In this document: positions 49,190-62,542 of the stretch, in pieces | How the letters are laid out: the number at the start of each line of letters is the position of its first letter | How positions within the stretch are numbered: position 1 is the stretch's first letter | Origin: Harriotta raleighana | Taxonomy: Eukaryota | Direction: 5' to 3' | Assembly (NCBI GenBank): GCA_050575255.1 | Contig: JBNZDD010013652.1 | Location: 2,637,080-2,701,079, forward strand | Length of the DNA stretch: 64,000 nucleotides | The notes under the pieces: model-generated | The model's input: only the letters and a program-made list of their open reading frames with translations | What the model was told of the DNA's origin: nothing | Database searches by the model: none | Translations under genes and position numbers: made by a program

Positions 49190-50346
49190 GTTAGTGTGTT
49201 ATTGCTGAAATGAGTGCAGGTAAATTAGATGGCACATCGATGTGATCAATGTTATGTCTTTTACAAAAGTGAAATTTCTCACAACTTCTCAGCATGTTTT
49301 CATTCTTCAGGCACATTTCATTTCATTGCTTTAAATCGCACAAATCCCTGGTAGTATTTTTGTCAATTATTCCACCCCCTGGGCAGAACTGCTCTGAGAG
49401 AAGGTGCAATCAGTGTACAGGCAGTTCTGTGGTAAATTGGAGTTGTGTAAAGCCCATTAATATGAACATTTCCTTTAAAACTCTGAGTTTCGCCTTATTC
49501 GCTTCAGTGCCTTCCAGTTGGTTTTAATGCAAGTCCACATGGAAGTACAGTACTGGGAATAGGCATAGAGCAAAAGGCAGCATTGCTATGCAAACACAAG
49601 CTAATGTCTGTTTAAATATAAGGCAACTGATTTCAGTGATGTGTAAAAGAAGGGTAAGAAATACAGTTTTGAGTGTAACCTTATCAAATTATAATGTTCC
49701 TGATCTGAGTTTACAAATTACAAATTTTTTTAAAGTTACATAAAGAGGAATAATTTACCATTAACAGATTGTGAAAATCATTTAAAAGCTGTTAGAGCTA
49801 CAATGTAATATTTTCTTTTTATACCTGTAGCCTTTAAATGGGTTATATCCTGTCACCTGGTTATATACAGATTCAGGAAACATGCATATGAATGATTTTC
49901 AAGTCCTTAGGTAGTTGCACATCAAAGGATTTAAAGAGGAGAGGTCAGAAAAATCTCTTTTTAACATAGGGTTGTTTGAATGTGGCATGTATTACCACAA
50001 ATGGAAGTTGAAGCTGAGTCTAAACCATCATTTAATAGGGAATCATATAAATATTTGAAGAGAAATGGTAAAGGTTATAGAAAAAGAGCAGGTAGGTGTA
50101 ACTCCAGTATGGAAGCTAGCATAAGCATAGATACTAAGGGCCAAATCGCCTGCTGTGTTTTAAACTTGTTATGATTTATTGCAGTCTTTATATTTTTTTA
50201 AGTGAAAATAGCTCCTGTAAACATATTGTTGAAGAACATGTAAAAAGATTGGTTTGATTGAAGACATAAGATAGCCCAGTCTCTCCTACAGAGATAGAGG
50301 GGGAAAAAATGTGGACACAATCATTCACTCACTCACCTGAGTAGCT

Positions 50347-50537
50347 GATAATAATGATAATAATCCTTGCATTTGATGTAACACTTTTCATGTCTTCTAG
50401 TCAGCTCTAAGCGGTTCACAATATATACTGTACAGTGAATTGGCAGTATATATGTGGACGAAACATGGCAGCCAATTGCGTACAGCTGTGTCCCACAAAT
50501 AGTCGTGGATTGAAATGACCAATTGGTTTTGAGGGAT
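50347..50537 (-). mobile_element. Deu-type SINE 3' half
   Basis: AATAATCCTTGCATTTGAT...GGCAGCCAATTGCGTACAGCTGTGTCCCACAAATAGTCGTGGATTGAAATGACC. Confidence 0.85.
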
Positions 50538-51914
50538 AGCTGTCTACAAAGTAAATGTGATACAGACCAGAAAAGCTGTACACGGCTTGCCAGCTGGGGA
50601 TCTGAAAGAGGAAATGGGGAGAATGCATAAAGGGATGAGAAATACAATGTTCATATCGCATTCTGTGTATCACCTCAAATCTATTAATGAAACGTTACGT
50701 TTTACACTGCCAACATAATTTAGTTGAGCATTAAACAGCATGACCACAGAGACAGTTTTCTAATGCATTGACCAAATGGGCTGGGCCATGTGAGAAACTG
50801 AATTTGCCTGCAGATTGTTCCTGAGAACACTGCGTCTGTAAATTCACAAATCCTCCTGTAGATTCCCGTGCTTCAGACTACATGGATACGTTTCAAAGCA
50901 GTTGAATGGCATTAAAGCAGACTAATGAAGTTAAGGATAAATTTAATAACATCCTAACCAACTGTAATAACGAGGCACAAATTAGATTTGATTGGCTTTT
51001 TATGAATTTCTAATGATCCGAAGATAAATTGAGAAAATAAGCGGATGTCTGCCTTCTCCAGGAGCAGGAGTTCACCATATACTGCGGAGAGTGGACCCTC
51101 CTGGAATCCAACTAACCTAATCCTCCTCATGGGGCAGCCCGTTTTGTAAAACAGTCAGGTTTTACAAAATACTTTCCATGGCCTTTGCTGAGCAGTAGGG
51201 CTGTTAAACTCAACCTGTTCCACATTTTACAGCCCTACTGCTCAGCAAACACTTGGCTGCTTCATTATTTTCTGCTTGCCTTGTTCCACCATCAGTGGGT
51301 GAGCTTTCAGCCGCTCCAACATTTATCTTGGAGCCCCTCTGCCTTGCCCCCTGACTCTGCACCTTCAGACCCGCATCTTAAGACCTATCTTTTCAACCAC
51401 CACACATCCGTCTATATTTACCCCATCACCTTATTTGCTCCGCTCCCTTTCACAAATTTCCAGTCCACTGCAGAACATGCTTTGAGATATTCGTGCAATG
51501 TGAATGACGTTATGTAAATTGTTGTTCCATTTTAGCCTCTCCCCATTCGTCCGGTTTAAAATGCAACATTCCTGTCTGCCGCTCCTGGCTCGAAATTCTT
51601 TTAATTGTCCCCTTGTTGTTCTCTGCGAGCTTTATCACTAATAATTAAAAAGCTTTGATGAAAAATAAGGTGTGTGTCACCGCAAAACATAGAAAAGGAG
51701 TTGAAGATACAGTATTATGAATCTAAAGCATTGATCATAAAATTATTGATCTGGTAAAATGCCACGGGAATGCCTGAAATAAAATTAGGGAGTGTTCTTG
51801 GCTCAATATTTTTAGTGACATTTTTGCTACACCCTACAGAGCACACCTGCTCATATCAAACTAGAATGGAAACTCTACTGATGCTCTTGCTGTTTTATTT
51901 CTTTCTCTTCGCAG

Positions 51915-52034
51915 CCTCGGCTCTGTCATCAGAGGGCAGGTGCTCACTGCAGATGGAACCCCTCTCATTGGAGTGAACGTGTCCTTTCTCCACTACCCAC
52001 AGTATGGTTACACCATCACTCGCCACGACGGCAT
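51915..52034 (+). CDS. TENM3: TENM3 exon ([41 protein letters not shown])
   Basis: Pyrimidine tract + tcgcag|CCTCG, donor GCAT|gtgagt; 120 nt, phase 2-2; the ORF track shows a different frame here. Confidence 0.96.
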
Positions 52035-52138
52035 GTGAGTTTGCACATGGTTTAACATTTAACTCAGATTCAACCCTACACCAATAATTCGGAAGCTAGA
52101 ATTGCAATTTCTTCCAAATATTCAGAAAATGTTCTGGA

Positions 52139-52408
52139 TAATAATAATTATAATAATCCTTGCATTTGATATAGCACTTTTCACATCTTATCGACTTCTC
52201 AAAGCGCTTCACAGAATATACTGTTAAGTGAATTAACTGTATATTTGTGGGCGAAACACGGCAGCCAATTGCACACAGCAGTGTCCCACAAACAATCATG
52301 GATTGAAATGAACAATTTAATTATTGTGGTTTTTTTTGGACGGATTATTATTAGGCGTATGGAGTAAGGAAACTTGACCAAAGTCTCGCCCTGATCTGCC
52401 TGGATGGG
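52139..52408 (-). mobile_element. Deu-type SINE, head truncated
   Basis: Reverse complement of most of the 61421 copy. Confidence 0.88.
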
Positions 52409-54204
52409 TGTTATCTGCACAGAAACAAATCAACAAAAACTACACGGAAGCAATATGGTATTGAGAGTACAATCTATAGGTTTCATGGTGGGGCCAGCAC
52501 CAGGGGTGGCTCGTTGAACCAAATTGACCCTTTCTGCTACTTCATAAAACCAGGATACTTGGCCCATCATCTAAGATAGTTACATTTCTGACAGTTCAGA
52601 TATGCTTTAACTCCATTGTTTAACATTTTGGTGGCACTGTGGTACCTTGAAAAACGTTGTTTGAATGACAACTCCGTGAATCTCTAAGATCATTATTGGG
52701 ATGGGCCTAACACAAGGTACTTGCTTGGTTGGGAATAGTGCTATCAGTCCTATTGATCTGTTTTGACTCTCTTGGGACTTCAGTGCATCTCGTGTCCCTC
52801 CCAAAAAAAATTAATGGCTGAGCCTTTAGCTACTACATGGTGAATCTCTGGAACGTTTTTTCTTTTCCCCTCAGCCCATGCTCTCTCTGTCTGCTTTCTT
52901 AATTGCTGTCTGAAAACCTATCTCTTCAACCACAGCTATGGTTACCTTCCTATTCATCTTAACCCCTTTCCTTTCTTGTTTGCTAAACAGTCAACATGTC
53001 ATTGTTAAGCACTGCAAGATGATATGCTACATACAGGACACAATGTAAAGAAGAGAAGTGAGTGTCACTCAGTGTCCTGGCTGGCATTCCCTGAAATAAA
53101 ATTGGTTATTCACTTTATGGTGGGACATCGTGGGAAATTGTAATGATCAAATTGGCTGTGTGTTTGCCCACACAAAACAACATATAGTCACTGCAGTTTA
53201 TTCTGTAAAGTGTTTCAAGAAATCTCCCAGGCATGAAAGGCTGCTATACCAAATTTACGGATTAGTGTAAATGCAAGATGTTGCTATAATTGTTCCAAAA
53301 TATGTTTTTAAGAAAATAAAAAAAATTAGGAAAAGTTTAGGATCCGTTTCCATTTGCACTGATGGAGTATTAATCAACTGTCATTTTTATACCTTGCATC
53401 TGTGTGAACCCATCATTGAGATAGTAAATCCTGGAATTTACTTTAATGGTATGTGTAGAAATATTTGATCAATACATATGAAAAGCTTAAATTTCAGAGA
53501 TTTCAAACTGAAATTGTCAGGTTTGGATTTATACAAAGGCATCAATATTATTTGCATCAGGGAATGTGGTAGACAATCCTTTGTGTTATTGTAGGATTTC
53601 AGTGGCAGATGCATTTGATCTTCTTTCTCTACATTCCACTCTGCTGGGAAGCTGGCAAGTCAGCAGTTTTTCAGTCAAATACAAGCCAGTCTTATTTACA
53701 AGTTAAAAATTTGTATTTTTTCTCATTTTAAAACCTCGCATGGAGACCAATTTAAAAATATCTTTCGTTCGAGTGGACTGGCAAGTTTGGCTCAAAGAGA
53801 AGTATAAAAACAAGCCATCTTCTTCCAGCTGGCACGGGAATCAAGGCAATAGATTTTTTTTTAAAGATATTATTTCAAATTATTTTCTAAATTCATCTGG
53901 AAGAATGTGCTGCCTGCAGCCAATCTTCCCACGCACTGATCACAATATTGTGGCACTAATGGATTTGCCTGTAATTAGACCACAATTTTAAATACTATTT
54001 TTTTTCCAATTGTCAGTAATAGGTGACAGTTTTATTATGCTGAGCCTATATTTAAATGTTGAGGCTTGCCAGTTTTCAGTAATACATTCGCTTACCATTT
54101 CCCTCTCTCCCCTTCCCATCAGGAGCAAGTTATTCAATTTTCAGCTATGTTGCATGCAGGAAGGAATAGACGGTACCCAGAAAGAAATCCTTTTCCATAA
54201 CCGT

Positions 54205-55150
54205 ACATAGAATTACATAGAACTTTGCAGCACAGAAACAAGATATGCAGCCAATTAATCTGTGTTTATATACTTTTGACCCACCACCTCTCCTATTCCC
54301 TTCTCCTGTACCTGTCTACTATCATCTCTCTCAACATTTCTTCCTAAATACATTGGTGCTTTTTGATTCAACCATCGCTCACGGTGTGAGTTCCAGATTC
54401 TCACCTCCCTCCTTGTAAAGAGGTTTCTCCTAAATTCCCTTTTAGATTTGCAGCTGACTAATCCAAGAGACTTTCCCTCCCTCTCCCCCATTGCCCTTTT
54501 TTTGCCCTGACTGCCCCATCCCTCCTTTCCCTCTCTCTCCCTCCTTACCCTCTTTTCCCCCTTTCTCCCTTGGCCCCACTTTCGTGACTGTTTGTGGGAC
54601 ACTGCTGTGCGCAATTTGGCTGCCACGTTTCGCCCACAAATATACAGTTGGTTTTTCCTGCTCTCCTTCCCCCTACCCCAACCCCTCCCCTTGCCTTCTT
54701 TCCCCCTTTTCTCCCCTGACCCCACTTCCATGACTGTTTATGGGACACTGCTTTGCGCAATTTGGCTTCCGCGTTTCGCCCACAAACATACAGTCAATTT
54801 TCCTACTTTCCTTCGCTCGACCACTCCCCACCTTCCCTGATCCCTACTTAACTGTTCAGCACTTTGGGACGTCTTCTCGATGTGAAAGGCATATAAATGT
54901 AATTATTGATTGATTGCCTGGCTTTCATTTATGTTCCCGTTGTTTTGGACTCATCAACAAGGGGAAACTACATCTGCCTTACAATCCTTTTATAATTCAC
55001 AAATACATCCATCATGTCCCATGTCCACAAAGAAAAGATCCAACCTGTCCAATCTTAGCCATATCCATTAACTGTAGTGAAATCCTTGTAAACCTACACA
55101 GGTCTTCCTCCGATGCTACAATATCTTTCTTGTAAAATGACGACCAGATC
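54205..55150 (-). mobile_element. Old CR1-type 3' fragment interrupted by a Deu-core/L2-tail element
   Basis: CATAGAATTACATAGAAC..GCAGCACAGAAAC tail; GAGTTCCAGATTCTCACC..TTCTCCTAAATTCCC before 54460; resumes as TTTATGTTCCCGTTGTTTTGGAC..AAGGGGAAAC after 54925. Confidence 0.65.
54465..54915 (+). mobile_element. Retroposon with two tandem pyrimidine-rich + Deu-core units and an L2-type tail (TTGA)n
   Basis: Cores at ~54575-54660 and ~54720-54805; tail GTTCAGCACTTTGGGACGTC..GTGAAAGGCATATAAATGTAATTATTGATTGATTG. Confidence 0.75.
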
Positions 55151-55371
55151 TGCAAATACATCTTGGAGGATTTTCTCTCCCCATCACCACCAATTCAAAC
55201 CAACAAGTTGATTAATCCGCCAGGAGATTAATCATGCCATACACCCCACCTATCTAAAGATAATTGTAATAGAATATCTCTAGGTGTTGATGCACTGTGT
55301 GTTCAGTTATGAGATGCAGCTTGTTTCTTGCTAGGTATTGATTTTCTATTGTGATTTTTCCTTATGTTCAG

Positions 55372-55633
55372 GTTTGATTTGGTTGCAAACGGCGGCGCCT
55401 CTCTAACCCTTAGCTTTGAACGCGTTCCATTCATCACCCAATATCGTACAGTATGGATTCCATGGAACGTATTTTTTGTTATGGACACTATGGTCATGAA
55501 GAAGGAAGAAAACGAAATTCCCAGCTGTGATTTGAGTGGATTTGTGAGACCAAATCCCATCATCCTGGCCTCTCCTTTATCCACCTTTTTCCGTTCATCT
55601 CCTTCAGAGAGCCCCATTATTCCTGAAACACAG
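55372..55633 (+). CDS. TENM3: TENM3 exon ([17 protein letters not shown]...SPIIPETQ)
   Basis: Acceptor gttcag|GTTTG, donor ACAG|gtatgc; 262 nt, phase 2 to 0. Confidence 0.96.
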
Positions 55634-56384
55634 GTATGCAACACTTTTCATCAAATTCAGAATTGTTAAAATCTTAAACAGTCAGATGTCATCAGTTTAG
55701 GCTGTTGAACACCGCTTCCCACACCGCTCCCTTACACCTCTTTCATTGTTGCTTCCAAACACCATTTCCCAGCACCAACTGGGATCTTTCCATTCAGAAC
55801 CATTCTTGGCAGAAACAATTGTGTTTATATCGATTGAAAATATATTTTTAAAGATATTTGAAGGACTTAAGCACATGTAAATTTCCATCTAGTTAAAGGA
55901 TGTCAGACAATTTTGTTTTATGCTGCTCTTCCATCTGCCGGTTCTAGGTTTAAATCCAGCCCACATTGATGGGATTATCACCTCCTTTCCCTGCTGTCTG
56001 ATTAGAAGGATGCTATGTGAAATAAGATAACACACTTAAAGCATCAGTCAACAAGTCAACATTGCCATGATCTGACACTTAAAATGAATTTGGAATCTGA
56101 TAAACTAGGATGAATTTTTTTATACCCTACTTGACCCTATAACGTCAGACAATTTCCTGAATCCAAATTCTGTCAAATTGCTCACCTGTTACAAACAAAG
56201 CAAATCCCAATGAAATGGTCATTTTGAGGCACATCATGGAAATGTGATTACATGGAAGGAATGTGAGACATAAACCCACCTGGAGAAACCAGCCAGTTCT
56301 ACTAATATCCCACTCATAATCTAATGGTTTCACTCCACCATTTGCCAGGGGTTGCAAGGATCTGTTCTGGTTCAGCACCTGGGG

Positions 56385-57105
56385 CAAGTGGGTGGGGGGA
56401 CATGAAGCAGGCTTGAGTGGCGGATGTGGGCAAGTTGGTAGGGGGCAAGGAGATCCCAGAGATGGGGTGAGGCAAAACCATGGAGGGCTTTGAAAAAAAG
56501 AACAGGATCTTTAATTGAATCCTCTGAGTCAGGCGAAGTTGGGAAGATGGGGTGACAAAGCTTGGAGTGGAAGAAACCACAGACAGCAGAGGAATATGGA
56601 GGGCGGAATTGGGAAGGCCGACAAGCACGTCGTTGGTGTAGTCAAGCTTGGATGTGATGAAGGCGTGAATGAGGGTTTCAGCAGTCTGGGGGCTGAGATA
56701 ATGGCAGAGTTGGGCAATATTGCGGAGGTGAAGGAAGGCAGAACAGGTCATGGCTTGGATGTGGTAGAGGAAAGACAGTTGAGGATCGAACAAGAACCTA
56801 GGTTCCTGACTAGCTTGGTGAAGTTGAGTGTGCAACCGTGGACATTGACGCTGCCAGTGCCTGATGTGTGAAGGCACTGGCGCAAGCCAATCAGGAGGGC
56901 CTCAGTCATGTTGATATTCAACTGTAGAAAGTTAGCTCTCATCCAGGACTTGATGTCTGACAGGCAGTCTGTCAGGACAGCAGTGGTCCTGGAGTTGAGG
57001 GTAGAGGCAGAAAGATAGAGTTGGATGTCAACATGTGGAAGTTAACCCCATATCTGCAGATGAGGTCGCCAAGGGGGAACATGTAGACGGTGAGAAATTC
57101 GAACC
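56385..57105 (-). mobile_element. L2-clade LINE RT fragment, frameshifted
   Basis: FLQLN..TEALLIG, VRNLG, FDPQLSF..HI, AFLHLRNIA, AETLIHAFITSKLDY in ORFs 56748..56942 and 56314..56877; damaged YADD region near 57030. Confidence 0.9.
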
Positions 57106-58297
57106 CAGGTGAGGGGCATATCCATGGAGATTGAGCTGGGAGGAGATACCTTATAGGACAGGACAGGATAAGACTGACATCCTTTACTTTAAAGACCACA
57201 AAAAAATCAACGAAATATAATAAAAACATTAAGACAACTACACTTGATAAAGAATATTGACTTTGCTGTGTCCCTGCTGACTGTAAGTCCTTCACCAACT
57301 ACCTGGCAAATGTTTCACAGCAAAATCACATTCCAAACGAAAAGTATTAACTCTGGTGCATTGTTAATATTGTCTGAATGCCAGGAAGTCATATAATATA
57401 GTTGAGGCTTTGTTAGTGGGTTGATGGACAGCCAGGATATTTTACTGAAAGAAATGAGTGAAAGACCATGTGCTTAGTGCAGGGCACCACTGAGGTTGAG
57501 TGGGCGAGAGGATGACATAAAATAAGAGAAGTAGTTAGTTTGCATGGATTTTAAAATATTGTGATTGATTAAATGAAAAGATAGATGATTTATCTGCTAA
57601 TGACATGATCCAGCTGCTTACCTTTGATTACACACAATATAATTTGCGATTATGTTTGACATTATATTCCTCCATTCTCTCACTCATCTACTTCAGCCTC
57701 TCGTGCATTGTGACTGAGCGCCATGCAAATAATAAGCTGCCTAGCTGTGCTGGGACCATTCCTAGCCAGCTGTTAGAAATTGGACAAAAGTAGCATGAAA
57801 ATAATGTTCCCCGTGTGATTTCTCACTCTTTTTTCCCCTTATCTGCATAATAAGGAGGTGTCTCTGCTCAACATGCATACAGCTTCACCAGCAAGGCGCT
57901 GGACTGAATGAGGGAGGATTGCACCTGCATTCTTCTGCTCTGTGGTGCCACGTAGTCAATTCATGCTCCAACATGTGGTATCACCACCCACCTCACCCTA
58001 ATGACTTATTTTATTAAAAGGTTTACATTCACACACCTGTGGTCTATAATACAATATAAACTTCACGGCACTGAGTGCAGACATAATTACATTCTTCAAT
58101 CAAATTTCCCTGTTCCATATCGACAGCCCCATCTGTACTATTTAATGGACTGTAGGTAATCCCTGCCCTTGAGAAATCACAGTTGAAATGAAAGCTATGT
58201 AATAAGTGATTTTTGGATTAAAACCTCCCAAGTGATTGTGAGCGTTGTCATGGCCTTTGCTTTTGCTGTAAACAGAGTCTCACTTGATACCCGCTAG

Positions 58298-58565
58298 GTG
58301 CTTCATGAAGAGACGGAGATTCCTGGCACAGATCTGCAGCTCACCTACTTGAGTTCACGTGCTGCTGGGTACAAACCGGTTCTGAAAGTCACCATGTCTC
58401 AGAATGCAATCCCTTTCAACCTGATGAAGATTCATCTGATGGTGGCCGTAGTGGGCCGGCTATTCCAGAAATGGTTCCCAGCAGCTCCAAACCTATCGTA
58501 TATCTTCATATGGGATAAAACTGATGCCTACAACCAAAAAGTCTATGGCTTGTCTGAGGCCGTGG
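58298..58565 (+). CDS. TENM3: TENM3 exon ([15 protein letters not shown]...VYGLSEAV)
   Basis: Acceptor cgctag|GTGCT, donor GTGG|gtaagt; 268 nt, phase 0 to 1. Confidence 0.96.
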
Positions 58566-59698
58566 GTAAGTTCAACGGAGAACGTCTCATGTGAAAAGTC
58601 ATAAAGTGGATTTTTTTAAAAATCTGGTTCCCCAGATCCTTACAGCATTACCTAAATCTATGTAAAATAACTTTTTTTTCCTTATTTATGTTAATTAATG
58701 GCATGAATTTAGAGAAGCTAGCCTGCACAATCTCTGTGGAAATCTTAATATTTTTAACTGAGTAGCTGTCTTTTCAAATCAGGCAATTTTATTCTTTGGA
58801 TCTCTCGAATAGAATATTGAGATTGCAGAACCAAAGAGACTTCACACATTTTCAGAGAAGACAAAACTCACTGTGATGAAAGTCTATTCAAGTATACTTT
58901 TTTGGAGTCTTTAATCGATTTACTGCTGTGATGCCCTAGCTCTCTGTCAAGCTCCCACAGCTGCCTGGCTCATCATTTTTCTTGGTTGTCTGTCACCTCC
59001 CACTAGAAATGGTTCATTTGGCTGAGGAGTTATACAGACAATTCTAGGTGAGGTTTGATGGATCCAGGGAATCATTTACCAAGGAACAATGAAAGGCAGA
59101 AATGAACTCAGCTGGAAGTTGATCCATATTTCTGTATGATTAACAGTCTTTATACTGCATGACCACTATCTTTCACAGCCCATTCAATTTCTGATATATC
59201 GACAATCAGACATTTTTGCGTGATAAATAAATAAAATTAAAACTTTTACTGTCATGGGATGGACAAGCACAATTGTTAGCTTTTTCTATGGAAATATAGG
59301 GCTGCAGAGCAAGTTTGAGGCCTGTTCCTGGGGAGAAAAAAGCAGCCTGGGTTTACGTTATTCATGTGTCAATGGCCCACAATCTCCCGTCTTCAGTGTA
59401 ATAGAGAACTATTCACAGGGACAGCAAATTGTTGCATTAACATGAAGGTGCATTAACACCTTCCATTGTAAAAGGGACAGGTGTGGGTCCAAATGGATAT
59501 TTTCCTCTTCCAATGTATTGGATTTGGATTCTGGGTAAGGATGAGATTACATAATTGAAATGCCTTCCTTACCTGAACCAATTTTATAATCTCGGATATG
59601 GAGATAGGGAGGGTAAATGGAATTAGGTTAGAAGATCAGCCATGATCTTATTAAATGAAGAATGGCCTATTCCTGCTCCTATTTATTGTGTTCTTATG

Positions 59699-59824
59699 CA
59701 TTTGGATTCAACGCAGGTGAATAGAGCAGCCTCGTGGGACACGCCAGTGACTGCGTAGCTGTATNCATTTGGATTCAACGCAGGTGAATAGAGCAGCCTC
59801 GTGGGACACGCCAGTGACTGCGTA
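59699..59824. repeat. 59-bp duplication around a single N (59765); probable assembly artefact
   Basis: 59699-59757 identical to 59766-59824. Confidence 0.85.
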
Positions 59825-60051
59825 TTATAAAAACATAGATCAGAGGTGGAAAAATAAGAAATGTAGCAGCTTATTTTTATTTTGAAATGCCAACATGTAT
59901 CAGGAGCACAAAGCAATGTAACCAGGAAAAATTCTAGTTGAATATATCTGTTTTACTTGCCATCTTAACATGTCATGTTTTCATCGTTTTTCATGTTTTC
60001 AAGTTTGCGTAAAATATTATTGGTTCAATAATGATCTTTTACCACTGCTAG

Positions 60052-60195
60052 TTTCTGTTGGGTATGAATATGAATCCTGCCTGGATCTTATCCTCTGGGA
60101 GAAGAGAACAGCTATTCTCCAGGGTTACGAACTGGATGCTTCGAACATGGGTGGCTGGTCAATCAACAAGCACCACGTTTTAGATGTTCAAAATG
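60052..60195 (+). CDS. TENM3: TENM3 exon ([20 protein letters not shown]...HVLDVQN)
   Basis: Acceptor tgctag|TTTCT, donor AATG|gtaagt; 144 nt, phase 1-1; next exon not in window. Confidence 0.96.
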
Positions 60196-61420
60196 GTAAG
60201 TTATTGTGTTTGAAAGTTGAAATGCAACAACAACAACTTCGATTTATATAGCGCCCTCCACGCCGGATGGCGTCACAGAGTGCTTAAACGCACAGGGCAA
60301 TGCTAAATTAGGTATTATTTGCCTGTTCAGGTTGATATTTATGATCCTAAGCCCTGTACAGAAAGAGAATGGAATTTATCCAGCATCCTGGTCTATAATC
60401 TCCATATAAAATGAAGTCATTATTCATTACTGAATGTCTGTACGGGAGTTGCTGTGTGCAAATTGGCTGCTACGTTCACCTACAAAATACCAGTCCCTAC
60501 ACTTCACAGTAAAATCCTGTGATGGACCCTAAAAAGTGCTATATCAAATAAGATATAAGATCATTATAATTATTTATTATTTCAAAGTCCATCATTTGAT
60601 ACTTTTGTAATCTACTGAATCTTGTGTGATGGTCACCCTTTACTGAAACAATCAAAAGTGCTAGGAGCTGTTGCCAATGGATATGTGCTCATTTGCTGCA
60701 TCTTGTGCACTTGCACATCTGAGAAACACAGGAGAGGGAAAACAATCTCAATGTGTAACAAAGACTATTTTCAGAAAGCGATCAATTTTAATTACGTACA
60801 TTAAAACCACTCAGACGAGGCAGAACTTCAATTTGCCTTTCACTAACTAGTCGGAATGGAATAATTCAATTGGGTCCAGACGAACAATCATTCTTAAACA
60901 ACACTGATATCAAACCTACCCCACTGAGTAGAAATAATGTTCCTGCTATAAATCCACTAATTTTACTTTCTATTTAAATGAACAGTTTTCAGCAGCATTA
61001 TTTTGTTGGAACTCTAATTAGTGTATTAGGTAAAATCTTGTAATATATCGCCATGCATAAAATTTGCGCAAGAAAATAAGCTGTTTGAATCTCAATCCAG
61101 AACTGTGCTGAGCATTCTAGCCTGCACACTTGGAAGCCAACTTCTATTTTTGTGCAGTGTGGGACAACATCGCTGTCACAATCACATTGCCAGATCTTAC
61201 AAGACCATAGTTGCTGTGAGGCATGGCTGACATTTTGCATTCACTGACAGGGAGAATGACTAACGTTTTTTCCAGATCCACATTTCTCTCCTCCTGTCCT
61301 GAGAATGTTGACTGTTCGCTGGTTGTAGTCCCACAGTGGCAAGCCACCTTCTTTTACCTTCTCCAAATGGGTATTTTTTAATGTATACTCATCTATATAA
61401 CCCATATTAGCTATATAATT

Positions 61421-61752
61421 GTGGAGCTCCTGTGGCTCAGTGGTTAGAGCACTCGCCTTACATGCCTTACAAGCATGAGACCTGTGTTCGAATCCAGGCA
61501 GATCAGGGCGAAACCTTGGGCAAATTTCCTTACTCCACATGCCTAATAATAATCCCTCCAAAAAACAAACACAATAATAAAATTTGGTCATTTCAATCCA
61601 CGACTGTTTGTGGGACACTGCTGTGCGCAATTGGTTGCCGCGTTCTTCCCACAAATATACAGTCAATTCACTTTACAATACATTCTGTGAAGCACTTTGG
61701 GACGTTGATAAGATGTGAAAAGCGCTATATCAAATGCAAGGATTATTATTAT
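61421..61752 (+). mobile_element. tRNA-head Deu-type SINE, full length, Pol III A and B boxes intact
   Basis: TGGCTCAGTGG (A box), GTTCGAATCC (B box), small GCCTTACA duplication, Deu core, (ATT)n tail; a partial copy follows at ~61875-62020. Confidence 0.9.
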
Positions 61753-62542
61753 AATCTTGGGAAACATAATGAACAATCATTATAATAATAATCATCTCTC
61801 ATCTGTTCATTCACACTGCAAAGGCCACTGGCTCATCGACCCTGAAGACATTTTGTAGGGCACATGTTGCTGAGATCACGACTATTTGTGGGACACTACT
61901 GTGCGCAATTGGCTTCCACATTTCACCCACAAAAAATACAATCAATTCATTTTACAGTGTATTCAGTGAAGCACTTTGAGATGTCTCGAATATGTAATAA
62001 GGTGTTGTATTATTTTTATTATCACTGAGCTCAGGGATCTTCCAAGTTTGTTTGGTTCAGAATCATCTAAAACAGTGACTATACTAATTGAGCTATCAGA
62101 GGCTTTATATTAAGGTGCGCTAGTGATTTAAAAATGACAATCTTAGCATTATGGATTTACAGTGCGAAATCCTATTATAGAAACAGCACCAACAAATCGC
62201 TCTGTTTACTTATATGGCATATATGTATATTACAGAATGTTCAGTAATGGGTGGTAACATTTCTTCTGAGGTATTTCTTAAAACAAATGTTTTTAATAAT
62301 AATACAGGACTCATAATCCTTGCATTTGGTTTAGTGCCTTCATAGTGGAGTATACTGAGGAGTGACTGATTGTGGACAAACGCTGCCGTCAATTTGCACG
62401 GAGCAATGTCTCACAAACTGTTGCATTGGCCAACACATACACAGTCACTGCACTTCACAGCAAAATCTTTATCCACAGCCTTATTAACAAATGTAAAAGG
62501 TTACCAGGAATGGTAGTTGAGGCAAGAATGCAGAACTCATTT

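Larger units (their letters stand above)
1285..60195 (+). other. TENM3: Teneurin-3 gene, internal portion (11 constitutive exons + 2 alternative microexons); gene extends beyond both window ends
   Basis: Spliced translation follows vertebrate TENM3 as I recall it ([94 protein letters not shown]). All junctions are GT-AG with compatible phases; total 2053 nt = 684 codons + 1 nt. Confidence 0.95.

Noticed and set aside
54255-54840. Several overlapping long ORFs (up to 158 aa)
   Set aside because: Arise from low-complexity purine/pyrimidine repeat sequence lacking stops
61421-61500. tRNA-like sequence with A and B boxes (also at 30100, 37142, 14385)
   Set aside because: Runs directly into SINE body and tail, with no proper acceptor stem; these are SINE heads, not tRNA genes
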